The position numbers and the translations under genes are program-made. Below the pieces are notes generated by a model that had not been told where the DNA came from, ran no database searches, and was given only the letters and a program-made list of their open reading frames with translations. From an uncultured Gemmatimonadaceae bacterium (GTDB taxonomy: Bacteria; Gemmatimonadota; Gemmatimonadetes; Gemmatimonadales; Gemmatimonadaceae), in contig CAVVTZ010000007.1 in the NCBI GenBank assembly GCA_963751275.1, forward strand, positions 352,001-416,000: 64,000 nucleotides of DNA. The letters are read 5' to 3'. Each line of letters starts with the position of its first letter. Positions within the stretch are counted from its first letter, which is position 1. Positions 54,004 through 63,558 of the stretch are shown one piece after another.

Positions 54004-55120
54004 ATGTCACGGACCCTGGCCGCCGCCGCGCTGTTCCTCCTGCTCGCCGCCTGCCCCGAGCCGCACCACGGCGTGGGCGCGCCGCGCGCGGAGTTCATCA
54101 TCGAGGCCGGCGACAGCTCGTTCTGGGTCCGCTCCGGCCCCGAGGGGGTGCGCGTGCGCGGCGCGCCGATCCGCATCGCCCGCCTCGACGGCAATTTCAT
54201 CGAACTGTACCTGGCCGACGACGACCACTCCTACGCCGACGCCATCATCACCGGCCAGCGGCTCTACCGCCGCGATCTCCGCACCGGCGACTCGATGGCC
54301 GTCTTCCGCGACACCACGATCGACGCCGTCGCCACGGCCTATGCCAGCCAGCACCCCGAGGAGCGTCCCCTCGACCCCGACGACGACCTGCCCGACGAGC
54401 CGGCGCTCAGCGCCACGTCCGACGTGGTGCCGCTCGTCCAGTTCGGCCGCTTCCTCTCGATGCGCTACACCGCCGACCTCGAAGGCGAGAGCGCCGACAA
54501 CTGGCATCTCGCCCGGCGCTTTACGCTCGACCTCCGGAAGGGCGGGCCGGCCACGGTCGCCGACATCGTCGGCGACAAGAACGCCGACTATGTCCTGCAG
54601 AAGGGCGCCAAGCTCTTCACGCAGGCGCTCGACTCGGTGCTCGCCTCATCCGATGCGCGTGCCAAGGAGGCGGCCGCCACGGTCGGCGACTTCAAGTTCG
54701 ATCCCACCAGCTTCGAACTGCTGAGCATCGACGGCTCGCCGGCGATCCGCTTCGTCGCCCCCGGCACCGGCCGGCGCGCGGAGGGGCTCACGCTCCCGCT
54801 GCCGCCGATCGTCGTCGCCGCGCCCACCTGGTGGGCCGATGCGCGCGAAGGGATGCCCGCCACTCCCGGCGACTCGAACATCTCGAACTGGAAGCACGGG
54901 GACCTCGAAGTGCGGGTCGGGTACAAGTCAGAGAGCGAGCCCGGACGCGCCGTCATCCTCGACAGTGCGCGGCATGCGTTCCCGATCGCGGAGCTGCCCG
55001 CACCCGCGCGCCGCATCTTCTGGCTCGACCATGGCGCCGTGGACAGCGCCACGCGCGCCGCCCTCGCCCGCGCGTTCGATGAAGCCGCTCTCTATTCCGA
55101 GGACACACGGACCGCCATGA
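54004..55120 (+). CDS. Hypothetical lipoprotein (read in frame into the next gene; probably a separate gene)
   Basis: Lipobox LAAC; ATGA at 55117-55120 gives a typical stop/start overlap after a 1-bp shift. Confidence 0.65.
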
Positions 55121-55623
55121 CTCCCGCCCCGAGCAGCACCCCCGCCAGCCGCCCCGTGCACGACTCCCAGCACGAGACGTCCGAGCTCATGATGCCGCAG
55201 CACGCGAACAACCTCGGCCACGTCTTCGGCGGCGTGATCCTCTCGATGATGGACCGCACCGCCGCCGTGGCCGCACTCCGTCACACGCGCACCAGCTGTG
55301 TCACCGTGAGTGTGGACCGCGTCGACTTCCGCGAGCCGATCCACCTGGGCGATCTCGTCATCATGAAGGCGAGCGTGAACTTCACCGGGCGCAGCTCCAT
55401 GGAGATCGGCGTGCGCGTAGAGTGCGAGAACCTCGCCACCGGTGTGCGGCGCCACACGAACTCCTGCTATCTCACCTTCGTCGCGGTGGACCGGAACGGG
55501 CGCCCGGTGGATGTGCCGGCCATCCTCCCGCAGACCCCGGACGAGAAGCGCCGCTTCGCCGCGGCCTCCGAGCGGCGGCGCCGCCGCCTCGAGGAGCGCA
55601 AGGCGGAGGCCCGCGACGCGTGA
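55117..55623 (+). CDS. Hotdog-fold acyl-CoA thioesterase
   Basis: MMP.HANNLGHVFGG..LS.MD, VTVSVD.VDF.EPI, GRSSMEIGV, TFVAVD. Confidence 0.92.
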   Translation: MTPAPSSTPASRPVHDSQHETSELMMPQHANNLGHVFGGVILSMMDRTAAVAALRHTRTSCVTVSVDRVDFREPIHLGDLVIMKASVNFTGRSSMEIGVRVECENLATGVRRHTNSCYLTFVAVDRNGRPVDVPAILPQTPDEKRRFAAASERRRRRLEERKAEARDA

Positions 55624-56039
55624 TGCGCCCGGCGCGGAAGCTCTTCACCGTCGCGCAGGCGAACAACACGCTGCCGCTCGTGCGGCGGATCGTGAAGGAC
55701 ATCATCACGCTGTATCCCGAATGGCGCGACCGCGTGGAGGCGTTCGCGGTGTACGCCGCGAACTCCACCGCCGACCAGCCCGACCCGCAGGCCGACGCGG
55801 CCGCGAAGGAAGTGCAGAAGCTGGCGGCCGAGATCGACGGATGCCTGCACGAACTCGCGGACCTCGGCGTAGAGTACAAGCAGCCGCTCGACGGCGGCCT
55901 CGTGGATTTCCCCGGCGAGATCGACGGCCGCGACGTGTGGCTCTGCTGGCGCTACGATGAGCCGGCCGTGGAGCATTGGCACGAACTCGAAGCGGGCTTC
56001 GCGGGACGAAGACCGCTCGCCCCGGTGCGCGCGAACTAA
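55623..56039 (+). CDS. DUF2203 family protein
   Basis: FTV.QAN.TLP.V, GLVDFP..IDGR.VWLCW..DE....WH....GFAGRRPL. Confidence 0.88.
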   Translation: MRPARKLFTVAQANNTLPLVRRIVKDIITLYPEWRDRVEAFAVYAANSTADQPDPQADAAAKEVQKLAAEIDGCLHELADLGVEYKQPLDGGLVDFPGEIDGRDVWLCWRYDEPAVEHWHELEAGFAGRRPLAPVRAN

Positions 56040-56972
56040 GCGCCGGCCGCCGAGGCCGCGAAGGGGACGTCCACTTCCAATCCGTCGCGCGCGACCACGA
56101 CGTTCTCGAAGGCGCCGCGCGCTTCGTTCAAGAGTGTTTGCGCGTCGTTGGAGTAACGCGCGGAGAGATGCGTGAGCACGAGCTGCCGCACGCCCGCGCG
56201 CGCGGCGACCGCCGCCGCTTCGCGCGCGGTGGTATGCCCGGTCTCGGCGGCGCGCTCGGCCTCCTCATCGCCGAAGGTCGCTTCGTGCACGAGCACGTCG
56301 GCGCCGCGCGCGATCTCGACGGTCGCGTCGCAGGGGCGCGTGTCGCCCGTGATCACCACGCGGCGTCCGGAGCGCGGCGGACCGACCAACGCCGATGGCG
56401 CGATGACGCGGCCATCCTCGAGCGTGATCGACTCGCCCTTGTGGAGCTTTCCCCAGAGCGGACCCTCGGGGATGTTCATCTCGCGCGCGATGTCGGGGTG
56501 GAACTCGCCCTTCCGCGCCTCTTCGATCATCGCATAACCGAACGACACCGGCCCGCCATGCTCGGCGGCGTACGGCACGATGGCGTAGCCGTTGCGCTTC
56601 ACCGGCTGTCCCGGTTCGAGTTCGGCGATCTCGATCGGGAATCCGATCCGCTCGCCGCCCACGCGCATGGCGTCGCCGAGGATCTTCTTGGCGCCCTTGG
56701 GCCCCCAGAGCCGCAGCGGCTCCACGCGCCCCTGCAGCGCGAAGGTGCGGCAGAGCCCGATCGCGCCAATGATGTGATCGCCGTGGAAATGCGTGAAGAA
56801 GATGTCATCGAGCGCGAAGGTGATGCCGTAGCGCATCATCTGGCGCTGGGTGCCCTCGCCGCAGTCGAACAGCAGCGTTTCTCCTTCGCGGATCAGCGCG
56901 AGGGAGGAGACATTCCGCTCCACCGTCGGGCCGGGCGGCTGAGGTTCCGAGGAATTTGAGAGTGAGGGACAC
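56036..56972 (-). CDS. rnz: Ribonuclease Z; frameshift near 56930
   Basis: Shifted N-terminus VSLTLKFLGTSAAR-PTVERN, FDCGEGTQRQ, THFHGDH, GDTRP, HEATF, THLSARY. Confidence 0.95.
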
Positions 56973-56999
56973 GATGGAAGATACTCGCTACTAACGTCG

Positions 57000-57319
57000 T
57001 GAGGCGAACCCCCGAACCACGTCATTGGTCACCCGAACGCCGTGAGGCGTGAGGCGTGCGACGAACTGACTGTACGGCGTCATTGGAGACCCTAACGCCG
57101 TGAGTCGCGACCCGAACTCCGTGATTCGTAACCCGAACGCCGTTAGTCGTGAGCACACTCACGGCGTTCGGGTGACCAATGACGCCGTACAATCAGTTCG
57201 TCGCACGCCTCACGCCTCACGGCGTTCGGGTGACCAATGACGCCGTACAATCAGTTCGTCGCACGCCTCACGCCTCACGGCGTTCGGGTGACCAATGACG
57301 GAGTTCGGGTTTCGCCTCA
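57000..57319. repeat. ~320-bp compound palindromic element with 58-bp tandem units and 21-bp subrepeats
   Basis: 58-bp unit x2.5 at 57158-57300, inverted copy at 57020-57086, termini TGAGGCGAA..TTCGCCTCA. Confidence 0.92.
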
Positions 57320-58282
57320 GATAGCTGGCATAGCGAGCGCCGCAGCGTGTTCCTCGGGGTCGATGTTCCGCCCCGACACGATGACCACCACGGGGAAAGA
57401 AAGCTTCAGCCGTCCCTCGAGCACCGCCGCGACTCCCACCGCCCCCGCTCCTTCCACGATCAGCCCTTCTTCTCGCGCCAGGAACCCGATCGCGCGCGCG
57501 ATGGCCGGTTCGTCCAGCACCGCCAATTCATCGAGCGCATGCCGTCCGATATCCAGCGCGAATTCATCGATGTCCCCCGCGAGTCCATCCGCCAGCGTCG
57601 GCACGCTGTCGATGTGCGTGACGCGCCCCGCCGTGAGCGATTTGCTCATCGCCGCGGTGTTCACGCTCTGCGCGCCCGCGATCTTCACCTTGGGCGCCAC
57701 GCGGCGCAGCAGACTCCCCGTGCCGGCGAGCAACCCCGCGCCGCCCACGGGCGTCACCACCATCGCGACGTCCGGCAGTTCTTCGAGGATCTCGAGCGCC
57801 ACCGTTCCCTGTCCGGCGATGAGCGTGTCGCCCAGGCATGGATTGATGTACGTCACCCCCTGCTCGCGCGCGAAGTCCTTCGCGCGCACCATGGCCATGT
57901 CGTAGTCCTCGCTCTCCGCGTCCACCGTGGCACCGAGTTGCTCGATGCCGCGCCGCTTCACCATCGGCGCGGCGCGCGGCACGAACACCATCGCGGGAAT
58001 ACCGAGCTGTCGCGCCGCCCACGCGACGCCGAGTCCGTGATTGCCCGCCGAGCTCGCCGCCACGCCGCGCTCGCGCACTGCGAGTGTGAGCGACGCGATC
58101 GCGTTGAATGCGCCGCGCAATTTGAAAGAGCCGGTGATCTGCTCGCACTCGAGCTTGAGCAGCACCTCGCCGCCGGCGCGCGCGGAGAGCGCCGCCGACC
58201 GCCGCAGCGGCGTACGTATGCACACCCCCGCGATGCGTTTCGCGGCGTCGTAGATATCCTCGGCGCGCAGATCGTCGAACAT
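57317..58282 (-). CDS. PLP-dependent threonine/serine dehydratase
   Basis: K.E..Q.TGSFKLRGA, SSAGNHG, AGQGT, PVGGAGL, TLADG, EGAGA, SGRNID. Confidence 0.93.
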   Translation of the reverse strand: MFDDLRAEDIYDAAKRIAGVCIRTPLRRSAALSARAGGEVLLKLECEQITGSFKLRGAFNAIASLTLAVRERGVAASSAGNHGLGVAWAARQLGIPAMVFVPRAAPMVKRRGIEQLGATVDAESEDYDMAMVRAKDFAREQGVTYINPCLGDTLIAGQGTVALEILEELPDVAMVVTPVGGAGLLAGTGSLLRRVAPKVKIAGAQSVNTAAMSKSLTAGRVTHIDSVPTLADGLAGDIDEFALDIGRHALDELAVLDEPAIARAIGFLAREEGLIVEGAGAVGVAAVLEGRLKLSFPVVVIVSGRNIDPEEHAAALAMPAI

Positions 58283-58376
58283 GGCGCGCAGAATGGGGGC
58301 GCGGGGGCGGGCAGGGCAAGGCCGCCTGTGACGCAACACGCGAACGCTCGTCTATATCTCGATAGCGCGGAACAGC

Positions 58377-58405
58377 TTGACTCCCCCTCGATGCTCTGTT
58401 ATTAT
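58377..58405 (+). promoter_or_regulatory. Sigma70 promoter of tRNA-Ala
   Basis: TTGACT-17 bp-TATTAT with an extended -10 TG. Confidence 0.75.
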
Positions 58406-58452
58406 AGTGGAGCAAGACGGGGGCCCCGCACTGCGGGGCCTTTTGAATAGGA

Positions 58453-58525
58453 GGGGCTGTAGCTCAGCTGGGAGAGCGCTGCATTCGCATTGCAGAGGTC
58501 AGGGGTTCGAGCCCCCTCAGCTCCA
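58453..58525 (+). tRNA. tRNA-Ala(CGC)
   Basis: GGGGCTG/CAGCTCC acceptor with G3:U70, anticodon arm CTGCA-TTCGCAT-TGCAG, GGTTCGA T-loop; CCA not encoded. Confidence 0.97.
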
Positions 58526-58556
58526 TAGCAGCCGAATCGCGGGATGCGCCGTTGCA

Positions 58557-58650
58557 CGGTAGGACGTAGAGTTCCAATGAGTGACGTGCCGCAGCCCCGC
58601 AACCAGAATTGATGCCCGCCGCCGATCGGTAGGACGCAGAGTTCCAATGA
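58557..58650 (+). repeat. Two 24-bp direct repeats with a 70-bp period downstream of tRNA-Ala
   Basis: CGGTAGGACG(T/C)AGAGTTCCAATGA at 58557-58580 and 58627-58650. Confidence 0.8.
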
Positions 58651-58761
58651 CGGCGTGCGTGGCAACTTCTGGAGCAGGACCGCAGGTGAGGCGCCGCGAG
58701 AGCTCTCGCGGCGTTTTGTGTTTTGAGGGGGCCGCCGTCCCGGCTGCGACGGGAAACTGCG

Positions 58762-58858
58762 AACGGCAGACGTCGACTGTCGACTAGTGACTGTCGCAAG
58801 CGTACTGCTCGCGCCGTGCCCTGCGACAGTCTCCAGTCTCCAGTCGACGTCTGCCGTT
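58762..58858. repeat. Heptamer-armed palindrome (GACTG-based units)
   Basis: AACGGCAGACGTCGACTG..CAGTCGACGTCTGCCGTT outer arms, about 37 bp in total; ends 2 bp from the peptidase stop codon. Confidence 0.8.
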
Positions 58859-58860
58859 AG

Positions 58861-61627
58861 TTACTGCGCCGTCACCCTCTCCGTCACGCTCCGCACGCCG
58901 TTCGACAGCACCACCTCGAGATCCGAGGCGGGCACATCGACGCTCCCTCCGCGGGCGAACGACAGCACCTGGCCCGTCCGCCGGTCGCGCACCATGGCCA
59001 TCGGATACGTGCGGTGGTCCCACGTCACGTGAGTGAGCCGCCCCCGCATACGAGCGAGCAGCCCGCTCGGCGGGGCGTTGCCTTGGTTCATCTCCGCCAC
59101 CGGCGATCCCGCTTCGCGGCGCACTTCCGCACCCTGACCGCGCAAGCGCAACGCCGACAATCGCGACAGGTCGAAATTCCGCACCGGGATCTTGAACACG
59201 AACCCACGAGTTCCTTGCGGATCATCGGCCATCTCGGCGGCCTCGAACGACTGCGAGAAGAGCGCCGCGCCGCTCGCGTCCAGCCCCTCGATCGACATCG
59301 ACCCGCGGCCACTCGGCAGGCTGGGCAATGCATCGATCTCGAACGCGGGCTCGAGCACGAGCTGTCCGTGCTCTACGCGGCCCCAGACGAGCAGCACGCG
59401 CTCCGGTCCGGCGGCACCGGCCGGCGGCGTGAAGATGTCGGGCGTGCTCAACCGGAAGTTCATGATCTTGATGAAGCCGTAGTTGCTGGTCCAGTACGGC
59501 CGGCAATAGCTCATCATGTCGAAGTCCGCGGCGGGCGTGTAGACCGTCGCCGTCGTAGGCGTCGCGCCCGCGACGTCCACGCCGTACGCGTCGATGTTGC
59601 CGGTCGCGTTCGGATAGCTGGGATCGGGGCCGCCGGCGCCGCAGCCGGGCGCGTGCTCGCGTCCCCAGTTGTGGCCGGTCTCATGCGCGAGGATCTGGTC
59701 GTTCTGCCCGCGGTCCCAGCCGATCGCCGCCTGACAGCAGCCCACATAGCCGAGTCCGGCCACACCGCCGCCGTAGCTGGGGTGGACCACGCCGTAGTAG
59801 TAGATCGAATCCTGCGCCGCCGTCGTGACCTCGATGCTGCGCAGCGCGGAGATCTCGCTCAGGATCGTGCCCCACCCGGTGCCATCCGAGAGCAGGATCA
59901 CGCTGCGTGTCGGTGAACACTGCGTGCACCTGCACGTTGTAGCTCGGGAACGGGTGCGTCTTCTGCGAGAACGCCATGAACGTGCTCTCGTTGGCCGCTG
60001 TCACATTGCCCTGCAGGCCGTCCTTCGAATGTCTTCACGGGGATCAGCATCTCGTGGAAGATGCTGAGCGTCTTCACGTTGAACGCGAACGTGCCGCTCG
60101 CCGGGAAGCTGTTGTCGGACTCTGACGACTCCGGGATCACGTTCGTCGGATCCACGTCCGCGACCGCCTTGAGGTTCGCCGCGATTCGTGCCTTGGGCAC
60201 CGCCACGTTCCACGAGCTGTTCCATGTCTGTTCGGCGACTGCCGTCGGCACCGAGGCGCCCGGCGCATTGATGATGTCGGTCTGGATCAGCGACGCGCCA
60301 TTGTACCAGCGCACGCGCACCTGCGGCGTGACCGTGTTCGCCTGGTTGGCGACGACGAACACGCGGAGATACCCGTCTTTGTTCGCCACGAGCGGCACGG
60401 TATCGGTGAAGCTCTGCGTCCCCTGTGTGAGATACATGCCCGCGATCGTGAGATTGAGCCCCGCGACGGATGCATACGCCACCGGCGCGTTCACCGGCGT
60501 GACCGATGCGGTCACGACGCTCGTCTGCGAGGTGGGCGACGGCACGTAGACCGTCGGGCCGACCGTCACGTTGGACGCCGTGGTCGTGTACGTGCCCGGC
60601 GCGAGTTTGTTGATCGTGGTCGTCGCCGTCACGCTCTGCGAGAACGAGCTCGGGCCGGTGACGACGATTGACGCCGGTCCGCTCGGCAATCCGGTCACCG
60701 TCACCGTGAGCGAGCCGGTGGAGATCGCATAGGTGACGGTCTTCGACAGCGTGAGCGCGCCTGGGGCGAGCGTCGCGGTCTGGCTCGCGATGGTCGGCGC
60801 GTATGTCGCAGTGGCGTTGCTCACGTTGCTCGCAGCGATCGTGTACGTGCCGAGCGGCAGCGCGCTGAGCACCGTCGCGCCGCTCGCCGTGATCGCGTGA
60901 CTGTACGCGAACGGGCCGGTCACGAGTACGCTCGGATTCAGTCCGCCCGGCAGCCCGCCGATCGTGACGGTGATCTGTGTCACCGGACGAGACGCTCGGA
61001 CTGAGCCCGCCCGGAGGCCGTTCGACCGTGACGTGACTGCCCCGTCATGGCCGAATAGGTCTCGGTGGCGGTCGCGTTGGTGAGCGACGCGGGCACCACG
61101 ATCGTCTGCGTCGCCGGCGTGCCGCCATACGTAGTCGAGCCGCTCGACACGACGTTCGCCGTGACCACGTACGATCCCGGCTTGAGGTTCGTCCACGTTT
61201 GCGATGCGGTCGCGACCTGACTGAAGCCGCCGGGACCGGTGACGGTGACATTGCCATTCACGCCGCCCGGCAGCCCCGACACCGTGAGCGCGAGGCCGCC
61301 GCTCGCGAGCGTGTAATTCACCGCCGCGTTGAGCGTCGTCGTCGTGATCGACACGCCGGTCGTCGCGGGCGATGGCGCGTACGTCGCCGTGCCCGTCACG
61401 ACGTTGCTCGCCGTCACGGTGTACGTCCCGGATGGCAGATTGCTCAGCGTCGTGGTCGCCGTCACGGTGTGGCTGTAGCTGTTGGGCCCGGTCACGACGA
61501 TCGCCGCCGGCGCGCTCGGCAGGCCACTCACCGTCACCGTGAGCGCACCCGAGGGCGCGGCGTCGCCCGACTTGCACGCGGCGAGGATCAGAACGACGGG
61601 AATGAGGCGGCGGAATTCGGAACGCAC
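58861..61627 (-). CDS. Lipoprotein zinc metalloprotease (metzincin-type, M66-like) with four tandem Ig-like repeats and a CARDB-like domain; frameshifts near 61000, 60020 and 59900
   Basis: Lipobox LAAC, 4x (L/I)TV..GLP...VTGP...G(T/S)Y units, VDP.N.IPES.ESDN, HETGHNWGREH, Met-turn MMSY. Confidence 0.8.
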
Positions 61628-61706
61628 GGGGGCCTCTCCAGGCTCTCGGGATGTGGTGATTCTACACTCTATGAGCGACGGGTTGCTGACGGAGGGCGTC
61701 ACCTGT

Positions 61707-61803
61707 TCGGGCATCGCCTATCGTGCATCGTGCATCGGTCTTTCTTCGACCCGTGATCTACATCACGCTGGTTTGATGCACGATGAACGATGCCCGATGA
61801 ACG
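61707..61803. repeat. Heptamer-armed palindrome (TCGTGCA)n..(GATGCAC)n
   Basis: TCGGGCATCGCCTATCGTGCATC / GATGCACGATGAACGATGCCCGA. Confidence 0.75.
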
Positions 61804-61874
61804 CGTCCTTGCTCCATCTCATTGTCGCCGCTAACTTTCCCGTCCCTCCGGAACGCCGGAGCACAATTGAATTC

Positions 61875-61947
61875 TGCCCCTTGGTGTAACTGGCAACACG
61901 CCTGACTCTGGATCAGGAGAGTCCTGGTTCGAGCCCAGGAGGGGCAA
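61875..61947 (+). tRNA. tRNA-Gln(CTG)
   Basis: TGCCCCT/AGGGGCA acceptor, anticodon arm CCTGA-CTCTGGA-TCAGG, GGTTCGA T-loop. Confidence 0.97.
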
Positions 61948-61949
61948 CT

Positions 61950-61988
61950 GACGAGCGCGACGCGGAACTCTCCGCGTCGCGCTCGTTC
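61950..61988. terminator. GC-rich hairpin after tRNA-Gln
   Basis: ACGAGCGCGACGCGGA / TCCGCGTCGCGCTCGT inverted repeat. Confidence 0.55.
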
Positions 61989-62041
61989 GTCCGGGGGGGT
62001 GCGCCGGCATCCGCGGCACCCCCGCTTCGCCGCCGATGGGC

Positions 62042-62521
62042 TCAGCGCTTGACGGTGAAGTCCAGAATGTACGAGTGCGATACGCTGCTGCAGTCCGACG
62101 AATAGAACACCAATGTGCCGCTCAGGTCGATCCGGCCCTGCCCGCTCACGTAGGGGCCGAATAACGACGCGCTGCGTGATGGGCACGCTGAGGAGACAAG
62201 GTACAGCGAAACGTCCGGATCGCTGCCACTCCCCACGGATCCGTCGATCGCGCCGTTGATGTTCAACGTCGTCTTGCGACCGCTATCGCTAACCGTTCCC
62301 GCGACGGTGTAGCTCCCAGCCAGCACGCCTTGGGCCTGCACAAGCGACAAGGTCAGCGTGGCGTGCAACGTGTCGCCGTGGTCGCTGCCGGATATCGGCC
62401 CCGAATACTGCCCAGCGACGTCTTCGTAAGTCGGAAGCTTCCCGAACGGGTTCAGGTCGGGACTACAACCTGTGATACCGAGCGGGAGTACCGACATGAG
62501 CAGAATCGACCGGATGCGCAT
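62042..62521 (-). CDS. Hypothetical lipoprotein
   Basis: MRIRSILLMSVLPLGITGC lipobox, DVAGQYSG beta-rich body, atypical codon usage. Confidence 0.7.
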   Translation of the reverse strand: MRIRSILLMSVLPLGITGCSPDLNPFGKLPTYEDVAGQYSGPISGSDHGDTLHATLTLSLVQAQGVLAGSYTVAGTVSDSGRKTTLNINGAIDGSVGSGSDPDVSLYLVSSACPSRSASLFGPYVSGQGRIDLSGTLVFYSSDCSSVSHSYILDFTVKR

Positions 62522-62688
62522 AGCCGCTCCTCGCGAGGGCACGTGGCGAGGCTGTACCCTGATGCGACGATGTGGTTGGCCCCGGCAGCGGGCAATCGGA
62601 AACTCCGCACCAAAGGTGAGGAAGAACCCTTCACGACATTTCTGTCCAGATCCACTCCTCCACAGCCCGCGTCGCGCCGTTGCGTCGT

Positions 62689-63183
62689 TCAGAACCTCGC
62701 CACCGCCGCCTTCGCGAGCACGAGAAGCTTCGCCTTCTCCTGCGCCGTCGAGAACGGTGCCGGATTGTCGATCGTGAGGATCCGGATGCTGAAAGCGGCG
62801 TTCCCCTTCAGCACCCAGATGAACGGGCCGCCCGACGGGTAGATCTGGTACACCGCATCGTCGCCGAGTCCCGAGATGGGTTCGCGCGTGATCATTGGGG
62901 CCGTCGACGACTTCATGAACTGATACGCCCTGACCGAGTGCGTGTTCACGCCGACCTTGCGGCTCGTGTCGCCGAACTTCGGGTCGTTCGACCACAGGCA
63001 GGAGGTGGTATCGCCCGGAGACATTCGCTCGCTCGTCGCGCTCGGTACTTCGATCGCCGCCGCGGCCTCGGAGGCGGTGATGAGCGAGCAGGCATCGGTC
63101 GAGCCGCGCATCGCCGAGGCCAGGAGGAGGATCACGCCACCGCAGGCGATCGAGATGATTCCGCGTCGGATGTCCATGGTCAA
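62689..63183 (-). CDS. Secreted hypothetical protein (DUF3558-like)
   Basis: Hydrophobic leader, DACSLIT..E, C.W, ISGLGDDA, LAKAAVARF. Confidence 0.7.
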   Translation of the reverse strand: MTMDIRRGIISIACGGVILLLASAMRGSTDACSLITASEAAAAIEVPSATSERMSPGDTTSCLWSNDPKFGDTSRKVGVNTHSVRAYQFMKSSTAPMITREPISGLGDDAVYQIYPSGGPFIWVLKGNAAFSIRILTIDNPAPFSTAQEKAKLLVLAKAAVARF

Positions 63184-63282
63184 CTCCGCGTCGCGAGTGA
63201 GAAGATAAGAGAACTATCGCGTACGAATTGGATGTTCGGCCAGCGCGTCGGCGCGCTCGATGCGATCTCCGGACTCGCCCGC

Positions 63283-63558
63283 CTACTGCGGCTTAGTCCA
63301 TCGCTTCGCGTAGATCGCCAACGCGACGACGCCCACGGCGATCACGGTCAAGATGCCCGCGATCGCGATGCCCTCGTGCGCCTGCAGGTCGCTCGGCGAC
63401 ATCACGTAGAAGGGGAGCGACGCGAGCACGCCGATCGCCACCGCGGCCGACACCGCACCGAAGAATCGCTTTCCGGACCAGATCCCCCTGCGCCGCGCGG
63501 CTTGAATGGCGCTCAAGCCGGTGAGCACGATCAGCACGATCGCGATGGTCGGGATCAC
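63283..63558 (-). CDS. Small three-TM membrane protein
   Basis: Three hydrophobic segments; GTGA overlap with the upstream gene. Confidence 0.6.
   Translation of the reverse strand: MIPTIAIVLIVLTGLSAIQAARRRGIWSGKRFFGAVSAAVAIGVLASLPFYVMSPSDLQAHEGIAIAGILTVIAVGVVALAIYAKRWTKPQ

Noticed and set aside
57158..57300. 58-bp tandem units as CRISPR; ORF 57237..57905
   Set aside because: Units are identical with no unique spacers and no cas genes are present. The ORF is antisense shadow of the dehydratase gene.
60915..61045. Separate genes 60980..61714 and 59898..61577, or a biological tandem duplication
   Set aside because: 60982-61040 is an indel-ridden copy of 60915-60977 (QITVTIGGLPGGLNPSVLVTG), most likely an assembly stutter inside one gene.
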